Notes under the pieces: generated by a model
The model's input: the letters and a program-made list of their open reading frames with translations, nothing else
Databases searched by the model: none
Told to the model about the DNA's origin: nothing
Made by a program: the position numbers and the translations under genes
NCBI GenBank assembly: GCA_035714205.1
Contig: DASTMJ010000205.1
Span: 1 to 55,695, forward strand
Origin: Flavisolibacter sp.
Lineage (GTDB): Bacteria > Bacteroidota > Bacteroidia > Chitinophagales > Chitinophagaceae
Length of the DNA stretch: 55,695 nt
Direction of reading: 5' to 3'
Part shown: positions 47,185 to 55,695 of the stretch, one piece after another
Layout of the letters: every line of letters starts with the position of its first letter
Position numbering within the stretch: the stretch's first letter is position 1

Positions 47185-47826
47185 ATGAGCGAACAAAACC
47201 AACACCTGGATGCGCTGAACGACATCAGGAAAATGATGCAACGTTCCAGCCGGTTTATTTCTTTAAGTGGTTTAAGTGGCATTGCTGCAGGTAGTTGGGC
47301 ATTGATAGGTGCCTGGTTTGCATACGACTGGATCTATGAATATTACGCCAGGTACAACGACCAGGGGTATACGCATTTTGCATTTCAAAAATTAAAACTG
47401 AGCCTTTTTGCATTGGCAGCTGTAGTATTGGCCGCATCATTATTGTCGGCTTTTTATTTTACATGGCGCAGGGCTGGAAAAAATAAGATGCCTTTATGGG
47501 ATCATACTTCAAAAATGCTTATTCTCAATATGTTGATCCCTTTGGTTACCGGTGGCATATTTATAATAACAATGCTGCAATACAATGAGTGGCGGTTTAT
47601 AACGCCGGCCTGCCTTATTTTTTATGGTTTGGCACTGGTAAATGGCAGTAAGTACACATTAAGTGAGATCAGGTACCTGGGATTATTTGAAATTGTTCTT
47701 GGATTGATAAGTACGCAGTTTCCCGGCTATGCACTTTATTTTTGGGCAATGGGATTTGGTATTCTACATATTATTTATGGTTTTGTTATGTGGTGGAAAT
47801 ATGAAAGGCGTCCGGTTACAGAGTAA
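47185..47826 (+). CDS. Multi-pass membrane protein
   Basis: DIRKMMQRSSRFISLSGLSG, LIFYGLAL, GFGILHIIYG; about 6 TM helices. Confidence 0.85.
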   Translation: MSEQNQHLDALNDIRKMMQRSSRFISLSGLSGIAAGSWALIGAWFAYDWIYEYYARYNDQGYTHFAFQKLKLSLFALAAVVLAASLLSAFYFTWRRAGKNKMPLWDHTSKMLILNMLIPLVTGGIFIITMLQYNEWRFITPACLIFYGLALVNGSKYTLSEIRYLGLFEIVLGLISTQFPGYALYFWAMGFGILHIIYGFVMWWKYERRPVTE

Positions 47827-47844
47827 TAAAAATGAACACTTTTA

Positions 47845-48150
47845 ATGGCAGTGAATAATCCCATATTTGGTTTAAATAAAATTTTTGATAACCGCATTCG
47901 GCTGGGTGTAATGAGTACATTAATGGTGAACGAAGAAATCAGCTTTAATGATCTGAAACAGATGCTTGAGGTCACAGATGGCAACCTGGCTACTCATTTG
48001 GTGACTTTAGAAGAAGTAGGTTTTATCAAAGTTCATAAGGGTTTCATCGGTAGAAAAACCAATACAACCTATTCAGTTACCAAAGTAGGACAGAAGGCGT
48101 TTTCAGATCATATTGCGGCACTGGAGCGTATGATCAAAGGCATAAAATAA
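47845..48150 (+). CDS. Winged-helix transcriptional regulator (ArsR/MarR-like)
   Basis: RIRLGVMSTL, FNDLKQMLEVTDGNLATHL, KGFIGRKTNTTY. Confidence 0.9.
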   Translation: MAVNNPIFGLNKIFDNRIRLGVMSTLMVNEEISFNDLKQMLEVTDGNLATHLVTLEEVGFIKVHKGFIGRKTNTTYSVTKVGQKAFSDHIAALERMIKGIK

Positions 48151-48165
48151 TTTTTTTTGCACAAA

Positions 48166-48188
48166 TACTTTGAAATACAAAGTGCTTT
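48166..48188. promoter_or_regulatory. Palindromic operator copy 2
   Basis: TACTTTGAAATACAAAGTGCTTT, 21/23 identical to copy 1. Confidence 0.75.
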
Positions 48189-48193
48189 CTAAA

Positions 48194-48670
48194 ATGAAAA
48201 AGAAAATTCGCATCATCCGCTATTTATTGGTTTTTTTTATCGCCAGCCTATTTATCAGTGGCGCAACGGCTATTCCAGTTGACGCTGAACTTTCTTACCT
48301 GCTCCGTCTTTTTCCTCCTGACTCAAACCTGCATCACTGGTTGTCAAAGGTTTTACGGGCATATCTTCAGGTTAAGTCAGAACATACGTTTTTACTGTAT
48401 GGCTACGACTGGCTTGCCTTTGCACATTTTATACTGGCCATTTTATTCATAGGTCCTTATATAGACCCCGTTAAAAATATCTGGGTTATTCGGTTTGGAC
48501 TGATAGCCTGTGCACTCATTATACCTTTTGCATTTATTACTGGTTCTTATCGCGGAATACCAATCGGGTGGCGACTGATGGATTGTTCTTTCGGTGTATT
48601 GGGTGCCGTCCCATTGTTTGTTTGCTACCGCCAGGTTAAACAGCTTTCATTCATAAACCCTCATTCATAA
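48194..48670 (+). CDS. Hypothetical membrane protein
   Basis: YGYDWLAFAH, PYIDPVKNIW, RGIP..WRLMDCSFG; about 4 TM helices. Confidence 0.82.
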   Translation: MKKKIRIIRYLLVFFIASLFISGATAIPVDAELSYLLRLFPPDSNLHHWLSKVLRAYLQVKSEHTFLLYGYDWLAFAHFILAILFIGPYIDPVKNIWVIRFGLIACALIIPFAFITGSYRGIPIGWRLMDCSFGVLGAVPLFVCYRQVKQLSFINPHS

Positions 48671-48681
48671 AATAAATAAAC

Positions 48682-50055
48682 ATGGAAACGATCGTTCAGA
48701 ATGTATGGACAAAAAGCAAATTGCTGGTTAAAGGACTTATTATTGGCTTTTTGGTTTTGTTATTACAAATACCTGCCTTTTATGTAAAAGACCTGATTGA
48801 AGAAAGAGAATCGAGACAAAAAGAAGCAGTAACAGAAGTAAGTAGTAAATGGGCAACTGCGCAAACAGTAACCGGCCCGGTTATCGTACTTCCGTATTGG
48901 GAAACAAAAACAGATGCAACTACTTTGAAAGCAACAAAAACCAAACAGTTTGCTTTCTTTTTACCCGATGATCTTTCAATCAATGCTGAGGTAACACCAC
49001 AGGAAAGACACCGGGGCATTTATAAGGTGATGTTATATACTTCCAACATTTCTTTAAAAGGAAAGTTTCAGACTATTTCAGTTGAAAAATTAAATATTCC
49101 TGCGGAGGATGTTATCTGGAATGAAGCAGCAGTAAAACTCCCCTTATCAGATAATATGGGTTTGAATGAAGAAGTCAGCCTGAAATGGAACGATTCTGTT
49201 TTAGCCCTTTCTCCCCAAACATCGGGTGATCGTTCCATATCCAATGCCCTGCAGGCCAATTTAAATGTTTCATCAATAGAGGATCTGCAAAATATATCAT
49301 TTTCATCGGCATTCAGCCTTAATGGATCCCAACAACTTTTATTTACGCCAACTGGTAAAACAACAACGGTAACAATGAATTCTGTATGGCCACATCCTAG
49401 TTTCAAAGGCACGATGTTACCACAAACCAGTAAAATTGATCAGAAGGGTTTTTCCGCCTCATGGAAAAGCATTTCGCATAAAAGAAATTTTCCACAACAA
49501 TGGGCCGGTACATCTTATTTGTTTGAACCCGTTGATGCTTTTTCAAATGTGGAAACGACAACTACAGCGCCAGTTGTACAATCAACCAATATTAATGCTT
49601 CGGCTTTTGGTACCAGTCTGTTTATGCCGGTAAATGGTTACCAGAGAACCATGAGATCCATTAAGTATGCGGCTTTGTGCATCCTTTTAACCTTTGCATC
49701 TTTTTTCCTGATTGAAATAAATAATAAAAAATCGGTTCATCCCTTTCAATATGGTTTAATTGGACTTGCTCTGATTCTGTTCTATACCTTGCTTCTTTCG
49801 TTTTCGGAGTACATAGGTTTTAATGCATCCTATGTAATTGCTTCTGTTTTCACTATTGGTTTGATCGGTTGGTTTGTGAAGGGACTTCTTTCTTCAACAC
49901 GGTTGGCTTCTGTGTTATCTCTGATCCTGGTGTTGCTTTATGTGTATGTGTTCACTATTCTCCAGTTGCAGGATTATTCTTTATTGTTAGGAAGTATAGG
50001 CTTGTTTATTACACTGGCAGTTATCATGCATTACTCAAAAAAGATCCAGTGGTAA
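48682..50055 (+). CDS. creD: Cell envelope integrity inner-membrane protein CreD
   Basis: RGIYKVMLY, SVWPHPSFKG, GFSASW, RSIKYA, HPFQYGLIGLAL..LLLSFSEYIGF. Confidence 0.93.
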   Translation: METIVQNVWTKSKLLVKGLIIGFLVLLLQIPAFYVKDLIEERESRQKEAVTEVSSKWATAQTVTGPVIVLPYWETKTDATTLKATKTKQFAFFLPDDLSINAEVTPQERHRGIYKVMLYTSNISLKGKFQTISVEKLNIPAEDVIWNEAAVKLPLSDNMGLNEEVSLKWNDSVLALSPQTSGDRSISNALQANLNVSSIEDLQNISFSSAFSLNGSQQLLFTPTGKTTTVTMNSVWPHPSFKGTMLPQTSKIDQKGFSASWKSISHKRNFPQQWAGTSYLFEPVDAFSNVETTTTAPVVQSTNINASAFGTSLFMPVNGYQRTMRSIKYAALCILLTFASFFLIEINNKKSVHPFQYGLIGLALILFYTLLLSFSEYIGFNASYVIASVFTIGLIGWFVKGLLSSTRLASVLSLILVLLYVYVFTILQLQDYSLLLGSIGLFITLAVIMHYSKKIQW

Positions 50056-50174
50056 ACCGCTTCATACAATCTCAAATAATCGTCATTCGGTTGACGAAGA
50101 TTTGTATCATAAGTTTGTTTATACAACCTGCATCCTCTTTTATGAAACGGTTGTCTCAATAAAACAAGTCTGTA

Positions 50175-50543
50175 ATGGAACCTAAAAAATTCTCCTGGAA
50201 AGAACGTGGTAATAGTTTTACCTATGCCTGGGCTGGTATTAAAGCTGTATTCCGTACCGAACATAATACCTGGATTCATTTGGTACTAACATGTATGGCT
50301 ATGGTAATTGGGTTTGTGTTGAAGATCTCTCCCGGGGAATTTATTGCTCTTATAATAGTGATGACTATGGTATGGACGGCGGAGATCTTTAACACGGCCA
50401 TTGAAAAAACAATGGATTTTATTTCCAGAGAAAAACACCCGCAAATAAAACTTGTAAAGGACCTGGCCGCTGCTGCTGTATTAATTACTGCGGTGTCTGC
50501 CATTATTGTGGGTGCAATCATCTTTATCCCGAAACTTTTTTAA
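50175..50543 (+). CDS. dgkA: DgkA family diacylglycerol/undecaprenol kinase
   Basis: SFTYAWAGI, EIFNTAIEKTMD, KLVKDLAAAAV. Confidence 0.9.
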   Translation: MEPKKFSWKERGNSFTYAWAGIKAVFRTEHNTWIHLVLTCMAMVIGFVLKISPGEFIALIIVMTMVWTAEIFNTAIEKTMDFISREKHPQIKLVKDLAAAAVLITAVSAIIVGAIIFIPKLF

Positions 50544-50546
50544 ACA

Positions 50547-51233
50547 ATGAAAAAAACGCAATACGGGTTATTACTAAACAAACTGTATTTCAATAAAACA
50601 GAAATGGAAAAGATGTTGATGCTTTCCTGCCTGTTTCCTGTTTGTCTTACTGCAATAAGAATACTTTACACGGGGGAGCTAATGTTTGCATGGCTGAACT
50701 GGAATCTTTTCCTGGCATTTATACCCTTTGCTATCAGCAGGTTTGCCATAGGTAATCCGGCATGGGTTGTAAGTACTCCTAAGTTCATTTTAGTTTTAAT
50801 AACCTGGCTTTTATTCATACCTAATTCCTTTTACATTATTACCGATCTTTTTCATTTAAGTCACCGGTTGCCGGTGCCGCTTTGGTTTGACCTGGCACTG
50901 ATCCTGTCCTTTGCCTGGAATGGAATTCTGCTTGGCATTTTATCGGTAAGACAAATGGAAAAGATGGTAGAATTGAAATTCGGACTAAATAAAGAGCTGC
51001 TTTTTGTTTATCCGATGATGTTGTTGAACTCATTTGGCATCTATATCGGCAGGTACTTACGTTATAACAGCTGGGATGTAATTTCTAACCCGTTGCAACT
51101 TTTTAATGACATTGTTTACCTGGTTATACATCCCATACGAAACCGTGAAGACTGGAGCATGATCATTTGTTATTCCGTTTTTATGACACTTATCTATTTA
51201 ATGTTAAAAAGAATTAGTAAATCTATTCATTGA
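50547..51233 (+). CDS. DUF1361 family membrane protein
   Basis: WNLFLAFIP, WLLFIPNSFYIITDLFHL, GIYIGRYLRYNSWD. Confidence 0.88.
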   Translation: MKKTQYGLLLNKLYFNKTEMEKMLMLSCLFPVCLTAIRILYTGELMFAWLNWNLFLAFIPFAISRFAIGNPAWVVSTPKFILVLITWLLFIPNSFYIITDLFHLSHRLPVPLWFDLALILSFAWNGILLGILSVRQMEKMVELKFGLNKELLFVYPMMLLNSFGIYIGRYLRYNSWDVISNPLQLFNDIVYLVIHPIRNREDWSMIICYSVFMTLIYLMLKRISKSIH

Positions 51234-51240
51234 AATTTTC

Positions 51241-51660
51241 ATGAAAGCAAGGCCTGTTTTTAGTTTTCAGTTGAATTATTTTCTTTGTGCGGTTTTTTTG
51301 TTTTGTATTGAAGTGCTCATTGCCGTGTATGTACACGACAGGATCATTCGTCCTTATATAGGCGATCTTCTGGTAGTGATCTTTTTATATGCATTACTGA
51401 AAAGTTTTTGGGATCTGCCTGTTTTGACTGCTGCCTTGTCCGTATTGTTGTTTTCCTATGTGGTTGAACTATCGCAATGGGCGGGATTTATTAACTATAT
51501 CGGGCTGGAACAATCGCAGCTTGCTAATATTGTATTGGGCAATTCCTTTGAATGGATTGATATATTGGCTTACACAGCCGGCACCCTTTGTATTGTGGTC
51601 ATTGAATGGTACAGGTCAAAACATGCCCAGCCATATTCACTTACCAATATGCCGGAATAA
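51241..51660 (+). CDS. DUF2809 family membrane protein
   Basis: IRPYIGDLLVV, VELSQ, VLGNSFEWIDILAY. Confidence 0.85.
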   Translation: MKARPVFSFQLNYFLCAVFLFCIEVLIAVYVHDRIIRPYIGDLLVVIFLYALLKSFWDLPVLTAALSVLLFSYVVELSQWAGFINYIGLEQSQLANIVLGNSFEWIDILAYTAGTLCIVVIEWYRSKHAQPYSLTNMPE

Positions 51661-51692
51661 AAAAAGGAGATGTTTTTGACATCTCCTTTTTT
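51659..51692. terminator. Bidirectional intrinsic terminator
   Basis: AAAAAAGGAGATGT-ttttg-ACATCTCCTTTTTT between convergent genes. Confidence 0.88.
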
Positions 51693-51707
51693 GCAAAATA
51701 ATTTTAA

Positions 51708-54700
51708 TTAAAAGTCTAAGCCAAGACCCAGGTAGGTTTGAGGTTTGCCTTTAAATATTCCATTCATCTGCCAGGCTACATCAAAACGTACAAAATATCC
51801 TAGTAAGGTACTGCGGGCACCAAAACCATAACCACCTGCAAACGGCCCGATACCACCCGCTTTTAATTTCACAACAATACTTGGATTGGACGCATCAACA
51901 TAACGTGATGAAGGTCTTTCAAAATTATCGTACCGTCCATTCCATGCAGTACCAAGGTCAATAAACTGAACGATCTGGAAATTACGGAGGAAGGCATTGT
52001 TGATTGGTTTGTTTAGCAGGGTGCTAAAACCGGTACCCTGATCTCGCTGTTGATCACCACATTATTATTCCCGTTTGCGATATTCTGTTTGAAACCACGC
52101 ATGTTCACTGCCAATGCCTGGTATGTGTAATTGCCATCAGGGTCAGGGCTGTTGGTAGGGTCAAAATAACGGTAGGTCGTTTCACCAGTGTTAGGATCAT
52201 CTTTACGGTTATCCCTGAGTTTCAGCCATCCGTCTATTCCGCCCAGGTAATAGATCACTTTCTGGTTACCCCATGAAAAGTCTCCGGCTGCTCTTAAAGC
52301 CCATATTACATTTCGGTAAAGTGGAAGATAATGGCGTGCATCAAATCCTGCATTAAATAAATAACGGCCATCGTTATTGTTCTGGTTCAGTTGTGTAAAC
52401 CAATCAATATATGTTTTCCAGCGGAGGCCCTGCCAGATGTTCATGGTTGGATTGAGTGTATTATCATGCACATATTCCAATGTGAACTGGCTATAGGTTT
52501 TTTTAATGTCCGGCTGTTTGATGTCCCCAACAGAAAATGCCGGGAAAATAAAGCGGTCAAAACGCGGACCAGCAGTAATGCGAACGCTTCTCACCCTGTC
52601 AAGCGCATACCTGAAACGGGCCAGGTAATAGCTGGAATGTTGTTTTACTCCAACAAGTCCGCTACGGCCGTTAGAAGTATCTAAGGCTGTTACTGCACTG
52701 CTGCGATAGTACGTAAAACCCCAGTCTATTCTCTTCCTGAGATTGGTGAATTCAAAAAGAATATCATTGTCTCTGAGGTTGGGTGCCATCCTGATACCAC
52801 CGGAAAGTTTATAATCTTCAAACAGGTCAACAGTTCCCATGCGAATCAATCCATTCAGGTCGTTACCGTTGGCTGGTTCAATAGGGCCGGCACCACCCTG
52901 GTAAGGTTGGTATTTGCTTACGCCAAACATGGTATTGTTCAAACCTGCCACCACATAATCGTTAAAGAATTTTGGCGGACGGTATTCGTACAATTTTGCT
53001 TTTTTAAGTAAGGGCTCTTCCTGTATCTCTTCAGCTTCAAAAACTTTTCCCAATTGCGAAACACTGGTGTCTTTTTTTTCATCCTGGAACTCATTCTGGA
53101 AGAAATCCTGTTGTGCTTTTGAAGTATCAGTAGTTGGTTCTTCAGCCTGTTGATTTTTTGCAGCACTGATCCGTTCCCTGTCCATTACCTTCTTCATGTA
53201 TTCGGTTGGCTTGGCACTAACATTCCGGCGGCGCAAGGTGTTCTCGTCTACTTTTAAGCGGTAAAGAAATTTATAGTTCCCCTGCCGGGTTACTTCGCTT
53301 ACTAAACTGTTATCCCCTGCAGTACGTGTTTCAAGCAAACTGCTTTGATAGTTGGTTAAAGGAAAAACATAAGCGGAATCATTTGTTATCGAAACAAAAC
53401 CAATCGAATCAATATCGGGCTTGTCCCATTCTTTTAGTATACTGTCTACTTCCTGTGGAGGTGGATTGCGTAATACTTCGTCACCAATAAATACCAATGT
53501 ATCAAGCCCGGCTCTCTCTGACCTGAAAAATCCGGCATAGCGGTTATTGATACCGTTTTCGTCACTTACAAATGTGAAGTGGGACGTGTTGTATTGTGAT
53601 GGATAACGGGCATGACCAAATTTTACATTGGTAAGTTGGGATACCTGTTTGAACTCTGATTGATTCCAGTTATCTATTAAAAAGATATTGTAATGTCTTG
53701 AACTAACCGCCGTATCTGCATTCTCTGCTGTAGCTGATGGCCGGTTGCTGGAGAAAATTATACCGGTTTTGCCTGGAAAGGCAACAAACGAAGCATCCAG
53801 GTCGTCATACACGTCATTGGTTATCTGCTCAACAGTTTGTCGGTCTATTTTGTAAACAAAAATATCTGTGTGGCCGCTTTTTACGGCACTCATTAAAAGT
53901 GTATTGGCATCCAGCATGTATTTTACATCCTGCACCTGGGTAAACTGTGGCAGGTCCTGCTTAATTATTTTAACACGGTTAACAATATCGTAAACAAATA
54001 ATTTGTTTTTTCCTTCTTCATTATAAACTACAGCTAACCTTGTTCCTTTACCATCCCACGCAAGCAGTGGATAATTGGGATTGATCTCATCTTCCCTTGA
54101 CCTGACACCATATTGAAGTATTACTTTCCGGTCTACAAAGTTCGGATGGAATACTACACTGTATTTTCCTTGCTTAAATTCTACCACGGCATAAGCAAAA
54201 CTGCGGGGAAGGGGGTTGGCGTTAAACCGGATAAAATCTTTTTTCCCGATTTCTTCGGTTACCGATAACTGCCCTTTTGGAACCAGCCGCCTGGCACGAA
54301 TGTCTTTAAAATACAGTTGCGACATTTCGGTCATAAAATCACTAAGCACTTCTTTGAACTTTTTCCTGGCAATTCTATTGGTGGCGCTGTTTAAATTCCG
54401 ATAGATGCGGGAGAGGTAAAGCAGGTACGTAGTTTTTGCTCTTCCGTACTTGCTGCCGAAATAATACCAGAAGGCATGACCGGCCAATAAAGGTTTTTCA
54501 AATGCAAAATGGTAAAAGTTATTGTATTCTCCACTGAGTAAAGCACTTTTTAAGCGATCGTCAAGGTCAGGACTCCATTCGTCACCGGCATAGGAAATAT
54601 AACCATCGGTTAGCCATTTAGGCAGATCGAGTAAAGTTTGATTGGCGGCCAGTTCTCCCAGGTCATCTCCAAATAATACATTGGCCACCAGCACACCAGC

Positions 54701-55129
54701 AATACCCTGGCGAATTTGACGGCGCAGGTTTTCATGGTTCCCGTCAAAATAGATCATCATTTTGTTGTTCACCAGTTTGGTAACGCCACCGGTATTTTGC
54801 CAGTCAATACCAAGACCAATGTTGGATTGCTGCATTTCGTCGAAGCTGTTGTACACCACAACATTGGCCCTGCGTTGCAGGCCGTACTCAACAAATTCTT
54901 CCAGTTGTGGTAATTCTTTTTCAGCTACCTGGGCTACATATTTCCCCAGTTCAAGGCCATCCTGGCTGAAATAGGTATTAAAGTTATCGGTCTGGTAATA
55001 TCTCCATTTGAATTTTTGATACTGTACCCGGTTTTTTCCATATTCTACGGCATTCACCTGTGCATGGCCGTTAAAAGAAAGAGCAAGTAAAAATGCGGCA
55101 CATGCTGTCCGGCCAATCAATTTAATCAT
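51708..55129 (-). pseudogene. TolB-like propeller + Omp85/BamA-type barrel protein, frameshifted at 52026-52029 (pseudogene or sequencing error)
   Basis: ORF stops at 52013 after ..EIRVPV; adding one base to the A4 run continues FSTLLNKPINNAFLRNFQ..FDVAW..LGLGLDF to a stop at 51708 beside the terminator; MRGF loop motif and PD40-like repeats. Confidence 0.85.
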
Positions 55130-55207
55130 AAAGTAGATGTGATTTCAATTAAAGTATCGCTCCCGATTTTGGATAGTAAATTGCAACTAAAAATACAAAA
55201 AACTGGC

Positions 55208-55695
55208 ATGTTAACGGTTCAATCATTTACATTCAACCCTGTGCAGGAGAATACCTATGTAGTTTATAACGATAAAAAGGAATGTTGTATTATAGACCCG
55301 GGCTGTTATTTTGCTTCGGAAGAACAGGAATTAAAAAGTTATATTGTAAATAACGGATTGCAACCTGTTTACCTTCTCAATACTCACTGCCATCTCGATC
55401 ATATTTTTGGTAACCGCTTTGTCAGTAAAACCTTTGGGCTGGAACTATATATGCACCGGTTAGACAAGCCTGTACTTGAATATGGACCGGTTTCGGGGCA
55501 AATGTGGCAGTTGCCCTTTGATAATTATGACGGGCCGCTCCATTTTTTAGAAGAAGGTGATGTGGTAAAATTGGGAGAGGATGAATTAAGGATCCTGTTT
55601 ACTCCCGGCCACTCACCCGGCAGCATCAGTTTTTACAACCAACCCGAAAAATTTATCATCAGCGGGGATGTGCTTTTCCAGGGAAGTATAGGAAG
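55208..55695 (+). CDS. MBL-fold metallo-hydrolase (glyoxalase II/YcbL-like), 3' partial
   Basis: Manual translation MLTVQSFTFNPVQENTY..IIDPG..THCHLDH..TPGHSPG..SGDVLF. Confidence 0.92.
   Translation, partial: MLTVQSFTFNPVQENTYVVYNDKKECCIIDPGCYFASEEQELKSYIVNNGLQPVYLLNTHCHLDHIFGNRFVSKTFGLELYMHRLDKPVLEYGPVSGQMWQLPFDNYDGPLHFLEEGDVVKLGEDELRILFTPGHSPGSISFYNQPEKFIISGDVLFQGSIG

Noticed and set aside
62-54974. Numerous 60-160 aa antisense or alternate-frame ORFs in the track
   Set aside because: They overlap well-supported genes and show no motifs; shadow ORFs

Overview
Bacteroidota chromosomal window, most likely Chitinophagaceae (inferred from T9SS/gliding genes, SusC/SusD, bshA and TAnnTTTG promoters). 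No rRNA, tRNA, CRISPR array or mobile element was recognised. About 1-10 kb is an accessory stress/hypoxia-type cluster (PRTase, PAS histidine kinase, REC-cNMP-Crp hybrid regulator, YbhB, triple-BON, CDP-alcohol transferase, bactofilin-like membrane protein, unknowns). Seven promoters there share one geometry: two TGA-N6-TCA boxes 22 bp apart, a 23-nt spacer, then a TAnnTTTG-like -7 element. About 10-17 kb holds a LytTR-only regulator, an orphan susC/susD pair flanked by phased TTC(A) repeat arrays, and an AraC gene. Three intergenic plus-strand units that end in intrinsic terminators (about 4386-4444, 15731-15828, 17100-17202) carry anti-start-codon seeds (TTTTTCATAG, TTCTCATGTGC). These are the best candidate for an undescribed system: regulator-coupled sRNAs that pair over AUG codons. 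The rest is mostly conserved: M1 peptidase, murF, gldJ-porU-porV-ispF-dut-envC-like, bshA, porT-ubiE-gldB-nadE, a short moxR-batA operon, rsgA, a creD operon with a repeated palindromic operator, a frameshifted TolB/Omp85-type gene and a partial MBL hydrolase. All function calls come from motif recognition, not database searches.
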